Assembly (NCBI GenBank): GCA_028023455.1
Contig: JAQFVV010000006.1
Location: forward strand, 18,786,001-18,850,000
DNA from: Epiperipatus broadwayi
Taxonomy: Eukaryota > Animalia > Onychophora
Direction of reading: 5' to 3'
Length of the DNA: 64,000 bases
Positions 51,900 to 64,000 of the stretch are shown here, piece after piece. Each line of letters begins with the position of its first letter. Positions within the stretch are counted from its first letter, which is position 1. A model generated the notes under the pieces. The model was not told the origin of the DNA. It did no database searches and worked only from the letters and a program-made list of their open reading frames with translations. A program made the translations under genes and the position numbers.

Positions 51900-52620
51900 C
51901 TAATGGCCATTATTTGTATTACTACAATAAACATAATTAGTAAAATGCACATACCTATATAAAAATGAATAAACTTAATGCAATCATTATTTGTTTGTAT
52001 ATATTTACAAAAATAATATTTTAATTACAATTCTAAAGTTTCTAATAATTCAGCAATGCCTGTTTCCTGAATTGTACTGGCCTTTAACCATGTTTTCGCA
52101 TTTGTTTAAATGTTCTTGAATATAACAAATTTCAAGATTTTCTCTCCTTGTAATTTTTAATTTACTTTATTACCTGAATATTTTTGTCACAGTTCATTCT
52201 ATGACCAGTATTCAAAAAGTGTATATATGACCCTTAATGTATGTCCTTTCTATTAATTGTCCTTTCATACTCCTTATATCTTTCAATGATATTTTTTTCT
52301 GTCTGACCTATATGTATCACATTGCTGCGATCACAATTAATGTTATAAACTAACTCTAGCCTATTTTTATTATTATCTATCTTTTTTGTACTACTACTTA
52401 CATATATATAATTACTATATATCTTACCGTGATTTAATCAGCAATTGTTACAATTCCCATGTGTCAATGTTATTAATAATTGTTTGTTAAAGATTAATAT
52501 ATCAGGTTCTATATATTGCCATGATTTAATTTATTACAATTCCCATCTTTTAGATAAATGTTATTGCTATTAATAATTATTTGTTAAGGATTAATATCAC
52601 ATTACGATCAGTCTCTTAGT
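51900..52620 (-). mobile_element. Penelope-like fragment with GIY-YIG domain
   Basis: LVYNINC...HIGQTEKNIIERYKEYER...HFLNTGHRMN (52350 down to 52150). Confidence 0.75.
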
Positions 52621-53730
52621 ATTGAAAATTTTGCCATCGATGTTGCAAGCTTTTGAAATCTAACCTTGATCGTACTATATACTTGCTTTTGGCCTTACCT
52701 TAAGTATACAGATGATATTATTAATTACTACATACATGCTATGCTTAAACATATATTTGAAAATTTATTTAGCACTTTCCTGCCTAAAATAAATGAATGA
52801 AGAAATGACCCCAAAGTGCGCTTCTGCTGATCTTCATTTGGCTCAAGTAAAAATATACCTCTCACATTTTCCATAATCATTTATTTTTTTATCTTCTTTA
52901 TATCTATGAGTGCTACAATTCTTACACAGATTTTAAATGATTACTGTTTTAGATAAATATGCTACTGCCATAAATAATTATGCATTAAATAATAGATTGT
53001 TTCATTTTTATTATTAGCCTAAATATAGATTTTAAACTTAATTAAAGATCAGTATTTCTTTTTGTAAACTAAATAAATGCATACTATTTATTTAACACCA
53101 CTTCCCCTTTCTATTTCTATTTTACAGTTTCACACTTCAAATAAATATATATTTAAATATTTATGTGTAGAAAAAGAGCATGATATTAAATTAATAATAT
53201 CATATGTATTTGGTAGTGGTATTTCAGGTTTGAACCATTATATAGGAATATGTAGCAGTAAATCTTTGATTCCAAATAAATATTTATATTAAGTGAAAGC
53301 TGAATGGTTAATAGAATTCAAATGAAAATTATTCAGTTCAAATATATAATATTAACCAATATGATGATGATTATAACACAAGTAGGAGTCCTCCCCAAAG
53401 GATTTGATTTGTTTTTCAGTTTCAATAAAGTAAAATAAAATTCTCAAGTTCCAAACCTTCTAAATAGAAAGTTTACTTTTGAAAAACTTCTTAATGCTCG
53501 ATCGCCTCTGCGTGTTCCCCAGGGTGTTGCATGACATTCTCAGGGTTATGGATATTATTAATATATTGGAAATCACAATGTTTGGACTGAGTTAGATAAT
53601 TATAACAAATCATATACAACAGCTAAAATAAATATATATTAATCATACATAAAATTCCTTTTTGGCACATACTTTAGTGTTCTTTTTAAATGTTAATAAT
53701 CTAATTTAACATTAACCAATTATTGGATAT

Positions 53731-54408
53731 ATAACACCATCTAGCATTCTTGAATGGAAGTAAAATAAAATAAAACATTAGTAAAATAGAATAAAACCTT
53801 TATATAAAGATCCAATATAACTTCAAAAAATTGACTATATAACATAACAGTATACAAAACAAATAATATATATGTTATATAAAGAGTTCGCAAATAAGCT
53901 CTTAACAAGCTTTGCTTATTTACAAGCTCTTTATATAATATTTGTAATACAAGCTTGTTTAAATTAGGTCATGTGACATCTGACTTTATTTTTTTGTAAT
54001 GTATATGTTATACAATTTTATATATTTTGTCATATAATTTTCCATTCATTACCAGTTGATCAATTATTAACATATGGACATAAAATAGATATTGCAAATA
54101 ATATTAAACCTTTAAATTACATTAAAGATCCAAAGAGAAGACAAATATATGAAACATATTACATTAAAAATAACTTAAATAATTGCAGGAATGTTTACAA
54201 AACTTCAATAAATTTAGTTAACAACTGGTCAATTGGAAATGAATGGAAAATTATATAAGACAATATATATATACATATATGTTTTCTATATTGTTATATA
54301 GTCAATTTTTGAAGTTATATTTGATCTCTAAATGAAGATTTTATTCTATTTTATTAATGTTTTATTTTTTCTTATTTTACTTCCATCATGGAACACTAGA
54401 TGGTGTTA
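53731..54408 (+). mobile_element. Penelope-like 3' fragment flanked by ~150-bp inverted repeats
   Basis: 54061-54258 reads LLTYGHKIDIANNIK...RRQIYETYYIK (GIY-YIG C-terminus). 53731-53860 is the reverse complement of ~54285-54408. Confidence 0.65.
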
Positions 54409-54437
54409 CATGTGCTATAGTTAGTTAATTTATATCA

Positions 54438-55080
54438 GTATATTTGTACAAAAGATGGGATGATTATGTTAGGAGGATTGTTAAGTGTTATAGTGGTAAG
54501 AAATGGATAAAAGAATAAATTTATTAATAACAAATAGGTAGTTAGAGAGATGGAGAACTAGTATGGAGAGTAAAAAGGGTTTAAATATATATAGAAATAC
54601 ACAGAATATTAGGTGCGAGTTAATATATGATAATAGTAAGGAAAGTAGTTTATTGTTTAAGGCTCGAACGGGATCTTTAGCAATAAGAGAATATACATGT
54701 AAGTGGAAAAATATGGCTGATTTAGTCTGTAAATTATGTAAGGAAGGAATAGAAAATATTAGGCATCTGTTAATTGAATGTAAATGCTTGAAAACAGAAA
54801 GGGTATATATAATGAAGTTATGGAAGAATAAATATGAAAAAAGTGATTATGCAGAAAGTGTATTATTGTTTTTTATGCTGGATTTGGCAAAAGATAAGGA
54901 GAGTTTAGATATAAAGGCCATAGAGTTGACAAAGATTATGTTGTGGAAATGGGATGGAGCATAATATGGGAAAACTTAGACTGGGGAATGGAAAATAAAG
55001 TGGCTAACAGGTTTCTCTGGGCATAATTGTTGAGATTCTTGACTCCATTTAAGGAGAAGCTACAGTACATCACATCACAT
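54438..55080 (+). mobile_element. RTEX/L2-like LINE 3' fragment
   Basis: SLLFKARTGSL and CKLCKEGIENIRHLLIECKCL (CCHC), with tail CAGTACATCACATCACAT. Paralogous to ~57975-58620. Confidence 0.85.
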
Positions 55081-58000
55081 AAAGATGGATTGCATTTAGG
55101 AAAGCAAGGAAGTGAAGTTTTAGGGAGTCTGATGTTTAAAGAATATAATTCGGGAAACTTTTAAAGGGGGGGTGAGCTTTTAAATTGTAGTATTATCAAA
55201 AAGAAGAAGAATGGATGGGAGGTAAGAAATAAGCAAAAGATAGTTGCTTTAGATATAAGTGTAGATGTGAAGAGGGAATGGATCTGTAAGATTAACGGTA
55301 AGAAAGTTTTTTATAAATGTAATGGAAAAGAAAGAATTTATAAAAGTGAAGTTAGGAAAGAGTGTTAAAATTGGATATTTGAATATGCAAGATGGTAGGA
55401 GACTAGAAAAGTGGCTAGAATTAAACAGAGCAATTGAAAATGAAGAGCTTGAGATATTAGCAGTAGTGGAAACACATCTAAGAGAAGAAGAAGAATCTAT
55501 TTTGGAAGATTTGGTATGACAGGGTATAAATAGAAAATAAAAAAGAGTGGTGGTATAGGTGTTATATCGAAAAAATATTTAAATATTATTGACTGTCAAG
55601 AACATTTGTGGTTTGAAATAAGGTTGAGTAGACAAGAAATGGATGGTGGCTATAGAGTATATAGCTACTGGAGATAGTCAAACTGTAATGGAGTGGAACA
55701 GTAGCATACATGAATGCCTAGTTAAGGATATACAGAGTTTTAAAGAAAAGGGGAAGAGAATAATAGTTATAGGGGATATGAATGGTCATATTGAAGAAAT
55801 TGATGCTGTAGATAATAAGAATGGTCAGTTCTTGAAGGAATTTTGTCAGAGAGTGAATTTGAGCATTGGGAATTTTATCAAATATTTATGATGTATAATG
55901 CACATGGCTAGGAATAATATATTTCATGCAATAGATTATGTATTGGTAGAGAAAGAGGGAATGAATAACATACAGAAAATTAAGGTGTTTGATAATGAAG
56001 AGAGAGTATGTAATAGTGATCATAATTTAGTAATGTGATGGAGAATAGAAATAAAAGTAGAAACAATAGTGAAAGATGTGGATGGAGAGTGAATGATAAG
56101 AATAAGTTGGAAGAGTATAAAATACAAGTTGGTTGGGGATGAGTATAAGGACTGGTGTGGTGAAATAGAAAAAGTGGCAAATAGGGTTTTAGTTGAGAAT
56201 ATGCAGAAGAATAAAAGTAATAAAAAATGAGAGTTAGTAAATGTGTAAAAGAGAGGAAAGAAGCATGCAGAGAAAAGTACTTAGAAAATTGGCTAAAATA
56301 GATAATTATAGAGAGAGAATGAAGTTGAATAGTAAATTGTTGGAGGATATTAATAAAATTGGAAGGGATGGGAGTATAAAATTTGGAATTACATTAAAAG
56401 GAGAAATGTAGGGGAGAGAGAGATAGTATTACTAGATGATGAGGGAATAGAGTGTAGCTCTAGAGAAGAATTAGAGAGAATCTTAAATAGATATGTAATG
56501 GATATAGAAAAGATGTTAGATGTGAAGGACTTAGTGATGGAAAACATGAAAGCATTTAGTAATGGGAATATTAGATTTACAAAAAATAAACTTGAAAAGT
56601 GGAAAGGCAAGAGGTTTAGATTGATGGGCAGCAGAGATGGTAATGAATTTAAGGCATAGAGCAAAAGTAAAACTATTATCATGTTTTAATAAGATGGCCC
56701 AGAAGAGAGTTTTTCGGTTAGATGAGTAATACAAGAGTAAGATTATTATTTAAAGGAAAGGGTAAGGATCATAGAAAGTTAAATAATTATAGACCGATAG
56801 CGTTAACATCAGTAAAAGTTTTCTCATATATAGTGGCTGGAAGAGTTGCAAAATAGACGGAAGAGAATAATGTGGAGTAAATGCAAGGAGGTTTTAGGTC
56901 AAATAGGCATATAGGAGCTAGTTTGTTTGTAGTTACACAACTTATGGATATGAGTAAAAATTCAGATAGATTGTTATATATGAGTTTTATAGATATAGAG
57001 AAGGCATATGATAGAGTAAATAGAAATAGATTAATGGTAAGTTTAGCAAATTTGGGAATGGATGAAGCTTTAGTAAATATTATTAAGAAAGTGTATGAAA
57101 ATAATTACTATACTTATCAATTACGGGATATAGAATCAGTTAAAGTTAAAAATGGGGTGGGACTAAGGCAAGGATCCTATTTTGTTTTTGTTGTATTTGA
57201 GTGAAATGGAGAATGCAATAGAAAGACTAGGAAGAGGAATAGAGATAACATTAATAGGTGGCAAGGGAGTATATATGTTGTCTGGTCTTTTTTTGTGTGG
57301 ATATCTTTTTGTGTGCAGAAAGAAGAGAAGATATGGAAGCTATGCTGAGGACCTAGGCAAGGGTGGGTAAAGAGATGGAGATTAAATTTAGTGGAAAAAA
57401 TCAAATATAATGATGGTTAATACTGGGGAAAGAGAAGATGTAGAATTTTTATTGGGGGATATAAAGTTAAGTGTGGTGGATAGATATAATTATTTGGGAA
57501 TCATCTTAAGTAATCAGGAAAATTGCTTTGATGAATGGGAGAAAAAAATGGTAAATGAAGCAAAGAAAAGAAAGGGTTTGGTAAAGAAATTAACAATGTT
57601 TTCATGTAATAAATATGATGAAGCTAGAATTGTATGGAAGGGAGTTGCAGTAGCAGGGTTAACATATGACAATGACGTGTTAGTAAATGGGTATTAGATT
57701 ACTTAGAAAAAGGACAAAGGGAAGTAGGAAGACATGCATTAGATGCAGAGGTGTGGACAGCAAAGGAGGCAATTCAAGGAGAAATGGGATGGTCAAGTTT
57801 TTATTTGAGAGATGCAAAAAGTAAAATGAAAATGTTTGGTCGGTTGCAGTTTATGGATAATAAAAGAATAGTTAAAATAGTATTTAATTGGGTTATGAGT
57901 AAAGGGTAGGCCACAAGAGGTGTGAGAAAGGTAATGTGGTATGCAAAGATTTGGATAAAGAATTTATATTTATATACTTGTATAAAAGGTGGGGTGATTA

Positions 58001-58620
58001 TATTAGGTGGATTGTTGAGTGTTATAATGATAAAGAATGGGATAAAAGAATAGATGCATTAATAAAGAATAGAGTTGGAGAGATGGAGAAGTTGTATGGA
58101 GAGTAACAAGAGTTTCAAATATATATAGAAGTAAATGGAACATTGGGTGTGAGTTAATTTATGATAATAGCAAGGGAAAGTAGTTTGCTCTTTAAGGTTT
58201 GAACAAGATGATTTGTAATAAAGGAATATACACATAAATGGAGAAATATGCATGATTTAGTCTGCAAATTGTGTAAGGGAGGCATAGAAAATATTAGGCT
58301 TTTGTTGATTGAATGTAAATGCTTGAAAGCAGAAATGGTACAAATAATGAACTTATGGAAGAACAAATATGAACAAAGTGATTATACAGAAAGTGGGTTA
58401 TTGGTTTTTATGCTGGGTTTCGGAAAAGATAAGGGGGATTTAGATATAAAAGCCATAGAGTTGACAAAGATTATGTTGTGGAAATGGGATGGAGCAGATT
58501 ATGGGAAAGCTTAGGGTGGGGAATGAAAGGGGAAAGTAAAGTGTCTAACAGGTTTCTTTGGACATAGTTGCTGAGGGATTCCTGACTCCATTTAAGAAGT
58601 CGCAGTACATCACATCTCAT
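55081..58620 (+). mobile_element. Decayed RTEX/L2-like LINE (ORF1 esterase end plus ORF2 APE-RT-CCHC)
   Basis: KDGLHLGKQGSEVL (SGNH esterase C-terminal motif). APE: GYLNMQDGRR, VVETHLREEE, IVIGDMNGHI, IDYVLV, SDHNLV. RT: NYRPIALTS, QGGFRSNR, FIDIEKAYDRV, GLRQG. Then CKLC..E.I..LLIEC and tail CAGTACATCACATCTCAT. Confidence 0.9.
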
Positions 58621-60939
58621 AATGTTAAAATAGATGATTAACATTTGAAAATGCACTAAACTATGTACCAAAAAAGGCTTTTTATATACTATTAATATAT
58701 ATTTATATTAGCTAGTGTATATGCTTTTTATTATTTGTCATAATTTGTATGAAAGAACAGCATATTGGATTTCCATTTTCAATGTGTTAGATAAGCAAAT
58801 TACAAATTAAATGGATTAATTAAAAAAAAATGTTATTAATATGTAATATATAAAACTATCGCATATATAGTCACAACTATTAATGCATGTACAAAATGTT
58901 AAATATAATAATAAAAGATATTTTTAATTTAAGGCCTTATAATATCTAGACTGGTAAGATCTTACCATGTGAAATAGTTAAACAGTTCTAAACCATGCTT
59001 TTCTGCAAATATTCTTTTAATATATTTACAGATATGTTCATTAGTTCCTCCAAAGATGGAAGTTACTTTCTTGATGCATTAATAATGTTAGATGGCAAAT
59101 AGCACAGCATTGATGCCTTTAGACAGCTGTAGGTAGTTCTTATGACCCTGTCTATTTCTTTCTTCATGACATTACTAAAGCAGTCAATGGCTGATTTTGA
59201 CAAACTTCATTAGTTTCTGGATCCAATTACATTTTCCAGACGTTTTGCCTGATTTAAGTTTTTGTTGCCTGATCACACATAGTAGATAATCTTCTAGGTA
59301 TTGTCATCATATTTTCTGTTATAACTGGAATATTGAAAAATATTTCAAAATAGTCAGCAAAATACAGCTATCCAAGTTATGATGGAAAAGTTTTAACCAG
59401 TGGTTTCTCTCCTAAGCATTGGATCACTGCAACATTGCTTCTTGAGTTGAATCTTCAAATAGAATAGAGTAGACTGGCCTAACTGAATCTCTGTACCTGT
59501 TTGGTGTTGTTCAACATGTTTTCCAAGCAACATATTTGTCATTAGTTTCTTTCTAATATGGTTTTTGGAAAACATTTTCTTTATTTCTTTCACATGTGGA
59601 AACAAATAATTCTGAAGTTATTTTAAAATTATACCATAATTTGATGAATGAAAGAAAAAAATAGGTTTTATTCTCTTTGTTTACATTATTAATAATAGGA
59701 AGCAAGAAAAAAAAATTGTCTCTGACTTTTAAAATTTGATTGGCAACTTTGTTATTTAGATTAATTTATAATAAATATATCATTTTTAGATTTGCCATCA
59801 AATTTATTTTAGGAATTAAAATACATAATTAAAATTCTTTCATGTATCAAACTCATTTTCCTTTCTTCCTTTACAGTGCAATTTACCATTTTATTGTTTT
59901 TCATATAAAATCCTTGTTTTTTACTTCACCTTTGAGTGGTAAGTTTTAAATTGCGCTTTAGACAAAAAAGTGAAGCTTATTATTATTAGAAAAGAATTAT
60001 ATGGCTGAGTGCTTTCAGAGAACTTAAGTCTCCATATTCACAGCCTACTTTAAGCTAAAGTGCAATTTAAAACTGTTTCTCATATATTACAAAATAAATA
60101 TTTAATAATATTTCCAAATGCATAAACTAACTTTAATTTTTTAGGCAGTTTATATATTTATTATTCAATTTTGACAATTTTTTTTATTAAACAATTTTTT
60201 TTTGTGCAGCTTTGTAATATAAATAATTTGAGCAGCTGTTGGAATTGTTTTAGTTACAATATGTAATTTGTATGAAAGGATATACTGATCCTAACTGATA
60301 ATTTGTTAGTAATTTTACTAATACAGCAATCTCAGACAATAATTAATTAATATTTTCTAAGAAACTGATTATCATTAAATGCAGAATTGATAAGAACTTG
60401 TAGATTAAATTATGGCAGTGTACTTCAATAAATGTTGAGTTGTGTACTGCAACCTGAGTCAATTAAAGATTCACCAAAAATGCACTTTTAGGGATCATTT
60501 GGCATTTTTCTGATATCTTTATTCATTTATTTGATGTTTTTTTATGTAGAAAGTTGTGTGGGTGGGTGTGGAAAGTTTACATATTTTTTCAATTTGATCT
60601 CAACCAAGATGTAACAAACTGCATAAGTAAACTGAATTTATTTCATTCAACAATAGTCTGACACCCATGAGCTATACATATATAGACACGCACAATTTCC
60701 ACTCCATAGTAAGGTGGTTTTCTGTTGTGAAGATAGCTAATAAATATAGCAGTACAAACGTTTTAAAGAAAATTATATAAAATAAAAGTAATTTCTTAAA
60801 ATAAAGGATCAAAAGTAATTATAATAGATAATGTTACAATAAATTATTAAAAGTCTATTTTAAAATAATTTTAATATAATAAAAGTATTTAAATTTAAGA
60901 GAAACTAATGAATTATAAAACTATGTTAAAGCTGTTTTT

Positions 60940-61520
60940 CTTATCAAAAATTTAAGAAATGTATGAAATATATTGCAAAACAACTCATTTACATATATCA
61001 GTGATGAAAGAAAGATTTTAAATAATTAGATTAACAGTAAATTAATAAAAAGATTAATCCTGTTTTGTGATATGAGATTTGAAAACAAAGGACAAATTCA
61101 AGCAATTTTATAATTGCGGTGTTTTGAAAATTCAGTTAATTAAATAGTGATTGTGTTTTAAAAATTCTTGCAATTAAAACAAAGTGTCATAAAAGTGTTG
61201 AAAATAAGAGGTTATCAAAGGTGTTAGAAACAAGAGGTCAAATGTATATAATCGTTTTTTTTAAATTAGTTCCTGGATTCTTGCCTTATTCAAGTTTTAT
61301 TGAATCATCCATCATTAGGTTGGCTGAGCAGAAAAGAGGAAAAAATACCAGCTGCTGAAATCTAACCTGAATTCCTTGATAAATCTGATCAAGTTAGTTT
61401 CAAGGAATCTAAGCAAAATGAGCTTGTCTATATCTAAAATGTGAAGGAGTTTGTTTGTATTTTAAGTACATTTATAGGTGATGCTACTTGGACAAATTTA
61501 TTTTTAGAGTTTTGATGTAG
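60940..61520 (+). mobile_element. Possible Buster/Charlie-type hAT transposase remnant
   Basis: QVLLNHPSLGWLSRK at ~61285-61335 (cf. LLxHTEVRWLSRG); otherwise decayed. Confidence 0.35.
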
Positions 61521-62029
61521 TTTTTGTTTTATTTATGATTAACTAAAGGAATATATAAATAAAATGAAAAACATATTTATAGCATTTTTCGAACCACACT
61601 CGTCATGGTTTGTATTAAAGAGGAAAACATGGGTGATCATGCGGTGATGGCATATCATAATCAATGAGCATGAGCAAAAGTCAGCATTGGAAGCCATTAT
61701 AAATAATATATGTTATTAATAAAGCATCACCAGCAGTCAGTCATTCCTTGTGACTGAAATTAACTGCTTAGATCTAGAACACCATATTGAATTTTTTTAA
61801 AAACTGACCTGAGACACAATTTTCACAATAACTTCAGTTTTAATTATGTTAGAGCAAAAAAAAATACATTAATAGAAACTAGAAAAACTAAGGAAAACAA
61901 TAAGTCTAAGACAAATAGTGATAACCATTTAAAAAATAATGAAAAAAAGAAATTTCAACATCTGGCATAATTATTACTTTATTGTTTGTTCATAATTTCT
62001 AATTCATCATGAACTAAGTTTAAATTACA

Positions 62030-62640
62030 TCTTGAGTTATAATTTCTTTGTAATCCTCACAAAATTATATTTAAAACCATATATAATATGTCTTACCTGA
62101 GATAATCCATACCTTCAGAATGTCCAAAATAAGTCACATATGAATTCTTCATTTTTATCTTGTACCCCAAAAGTTACCAAATGTCAAAGGAGTCTATAAG
62201 AAAAAGATTCATCCTAATAAAAGATACAAAACAAATCATTTCCAGAAGATAGATATGCATTTGTCATCATAGCAATTGGCTTCTTGTCTATCTAAAACTA
62301 GAAATTGTAGGCTACTGTCTGTATCACTGATAAAATGAGTTTTATCTCTTCATTTTATATTTTTTTGTGTACATCAGTTATGTTTATATTCTTTATGTAC
62401 ACCAGTGATGCTATCTTGTTATATTTATTATATCACATAGATGTAATTTATTTGCATACAGTCCACTTGTTAGCTGTAGACTTGAAAATAATATGATAAA
62501 ACATATAGCAGAGAGACTCCACAGCATGAGCATCAAGGCATAGGCAAGAATTAGAATTTGATTCTTTGCCTGTATATGCAATCTTTCTGTATATTTGATT
62601 ATTCGTTTTGTAAATCATTACTTCTAAACACAAACACACT
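62030..62640 (-). mobile_element. Decayed piggyBac transposase fragment
   Basis: Motifs in piggyBac order: AYTGKES...AVESL, YHIIF, ITGVHKEYK (cf. GTVRKNR), IDKKPIAMMTN (cf. WKDKKxVxMLST), EGMDYL..RITKKL (cf. GGVDxxDQ..RRTKKW). Confidence 0.6.
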
Positions 62641-64000
62641 ATATAAACATAATAATAAATAGTAAATTATTAAACTTTTTGAGAATCATTATTTTTATAA
62701 AATAAGTGGATTAGAACTTACAAAATTACCGTAGATATGAATTCTATATGAGTATAAATAAATATATAATTAATATAGACACACACCACTACAAACTCAA
62801 ATTAATAAAAATTAAATCATTTTTTCAAATAATTTTAAAAAAAAGTAAATTATTATTTTAAAAAATTAAAATTATATACTTATGGGCCTGATATTCTGCT
62901 TACGTTTAGACTCCATTGAAGACATTGTTTGTGAATCAGAGTATTTTTATTCCGATAAAAGCATATATGAAGGCCGATAAGTATTTTCTGTCTTTATCGC
63001 TTCGTGGAAATTACAAAATTGATAATAAAAAATAAAAAAAATTAAATGCGCCAGTTACGGAAAAAATTAATAAAAAATCGAAATTTCATAGGATTTTTTT
63101 GTGAAAGACATCTTTAGAAAGCTACGCCGTAGATCTATCAAATGCCCATATTTCTGTTTATGTCATCCTTATAGTTTTTGCATAAGTAAAATAAGAAGAG
63201 CCAAAGCCTAAAAGAGATATAATATAAAACTGAAACTAATTTTTATCCAGCCATTGCCAAACTTAGGGCACAATATAAAAGCTTAACTCTATACACATAT
63301 ATGTAAATTATGAAATAATTACAATCGTAAAACTTAAAAAATGCTGGGATAATTATGTCAATGCTCATCATCATCAGTGCTGTTGATCACTTAAGGTCAT
63401 GAGTGCACTGGCCATGAAGCAAAGTGAAAATGTGTGGTTTTTAAAGGTGATTTTTACCTTTGCACCATCTAAATAATCATAGAAAAAAACTGGAAGCCCA
63501 CATAAACATATATCCATATATATATAAATGCTGTTATTATCCAAACTAGCTTGGAATCAGTGTGATAGTGAACAAGAACAAAGACTCATTCATAAAACAT
63601 AGTATACTCTAGTACTAAATACCTTGACAGGAATAATTTAAAATAATGACTAGTAAATTTATTAATTAGCAATAATAATAAAATGAAAGCCTTGATTGGC
63701 ACTTTAGAATGCAAAGACATCATTTTGATTTTGACTTACAAATAGATATTATTTCCATAAATTGACAAGTTCAAACAATCAAAGTTATAAAGATTTATAG
63801 ATAGTTTACAAATATACATATTGTAACAAATCTTAAATCACATTTGGATGCACACATGTACATGTCTAATAATATAAAATAATCTAATTATTAATAAACC
63901 AATATAAACTTTTATTTTAATACATAATGAATGAATTTAGATAAACATGTATACATCTAGATATGCATTGTGCATGCTTTAATACTCAATAATAATACTA

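Noticed and set aside
59030-59605. ORF 59393-59605 and adjacent coding-like sequence
   Set aside because: No recognisable motif; probably an old TE relic.
160-62639. Most short ORFs in the provided track
   Set aside because: They are antisense or out-of-frame shadows of TE relics, or low-complexity AT-rich ORFs. There is no evidence of prokaryotic genes, CRISPR arrays or rRNA.

Overview
Very AT-rich eukaryotic (invertebrate, probably arthropod) genomic DNA. The only host gene I can support is an unconventional myosin-XVIII (Myo18A/Mhcl-like) on the + strand. It shows three small coiled-coil-tail exons (15604-15734, 22029-22183, 34769-34892) that splice in frame; no other exon was found. The rest is intron filled with decayed transposable elements: Mag-type Gypsy LTR remnants, RTE, RTEX-like and L1/Tx1-like LINEs, Penelope-like elements (PLEs), hAT and piggyBac elements, MITEs and a tRNA-derived SINE. 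The most notable observations are: (i) a ~470-bp tandem repeat with two minimal type I hammerhead ribozymes 463 nt apart (PLE pLTR or retrozyme-like; 6275-7038); (ii) a 12-kb nest (22.5-34.5 kb) that reduces to a tandem LTR-gag-LTR-gag once five insertions are removed; (iii) a 1.7-kb Penelope fold-back palindrome with GIY-YIG domains and a variant hammerhead-like motif in each arm; (iv) a TIR element carrying a TTAGGG-type hexamer array; (v) a 92-nt pre-miRNA-like hairpin. All family calls come from motif recognition by eye, with no database searches. Boundaries of decayed elements are approximate.
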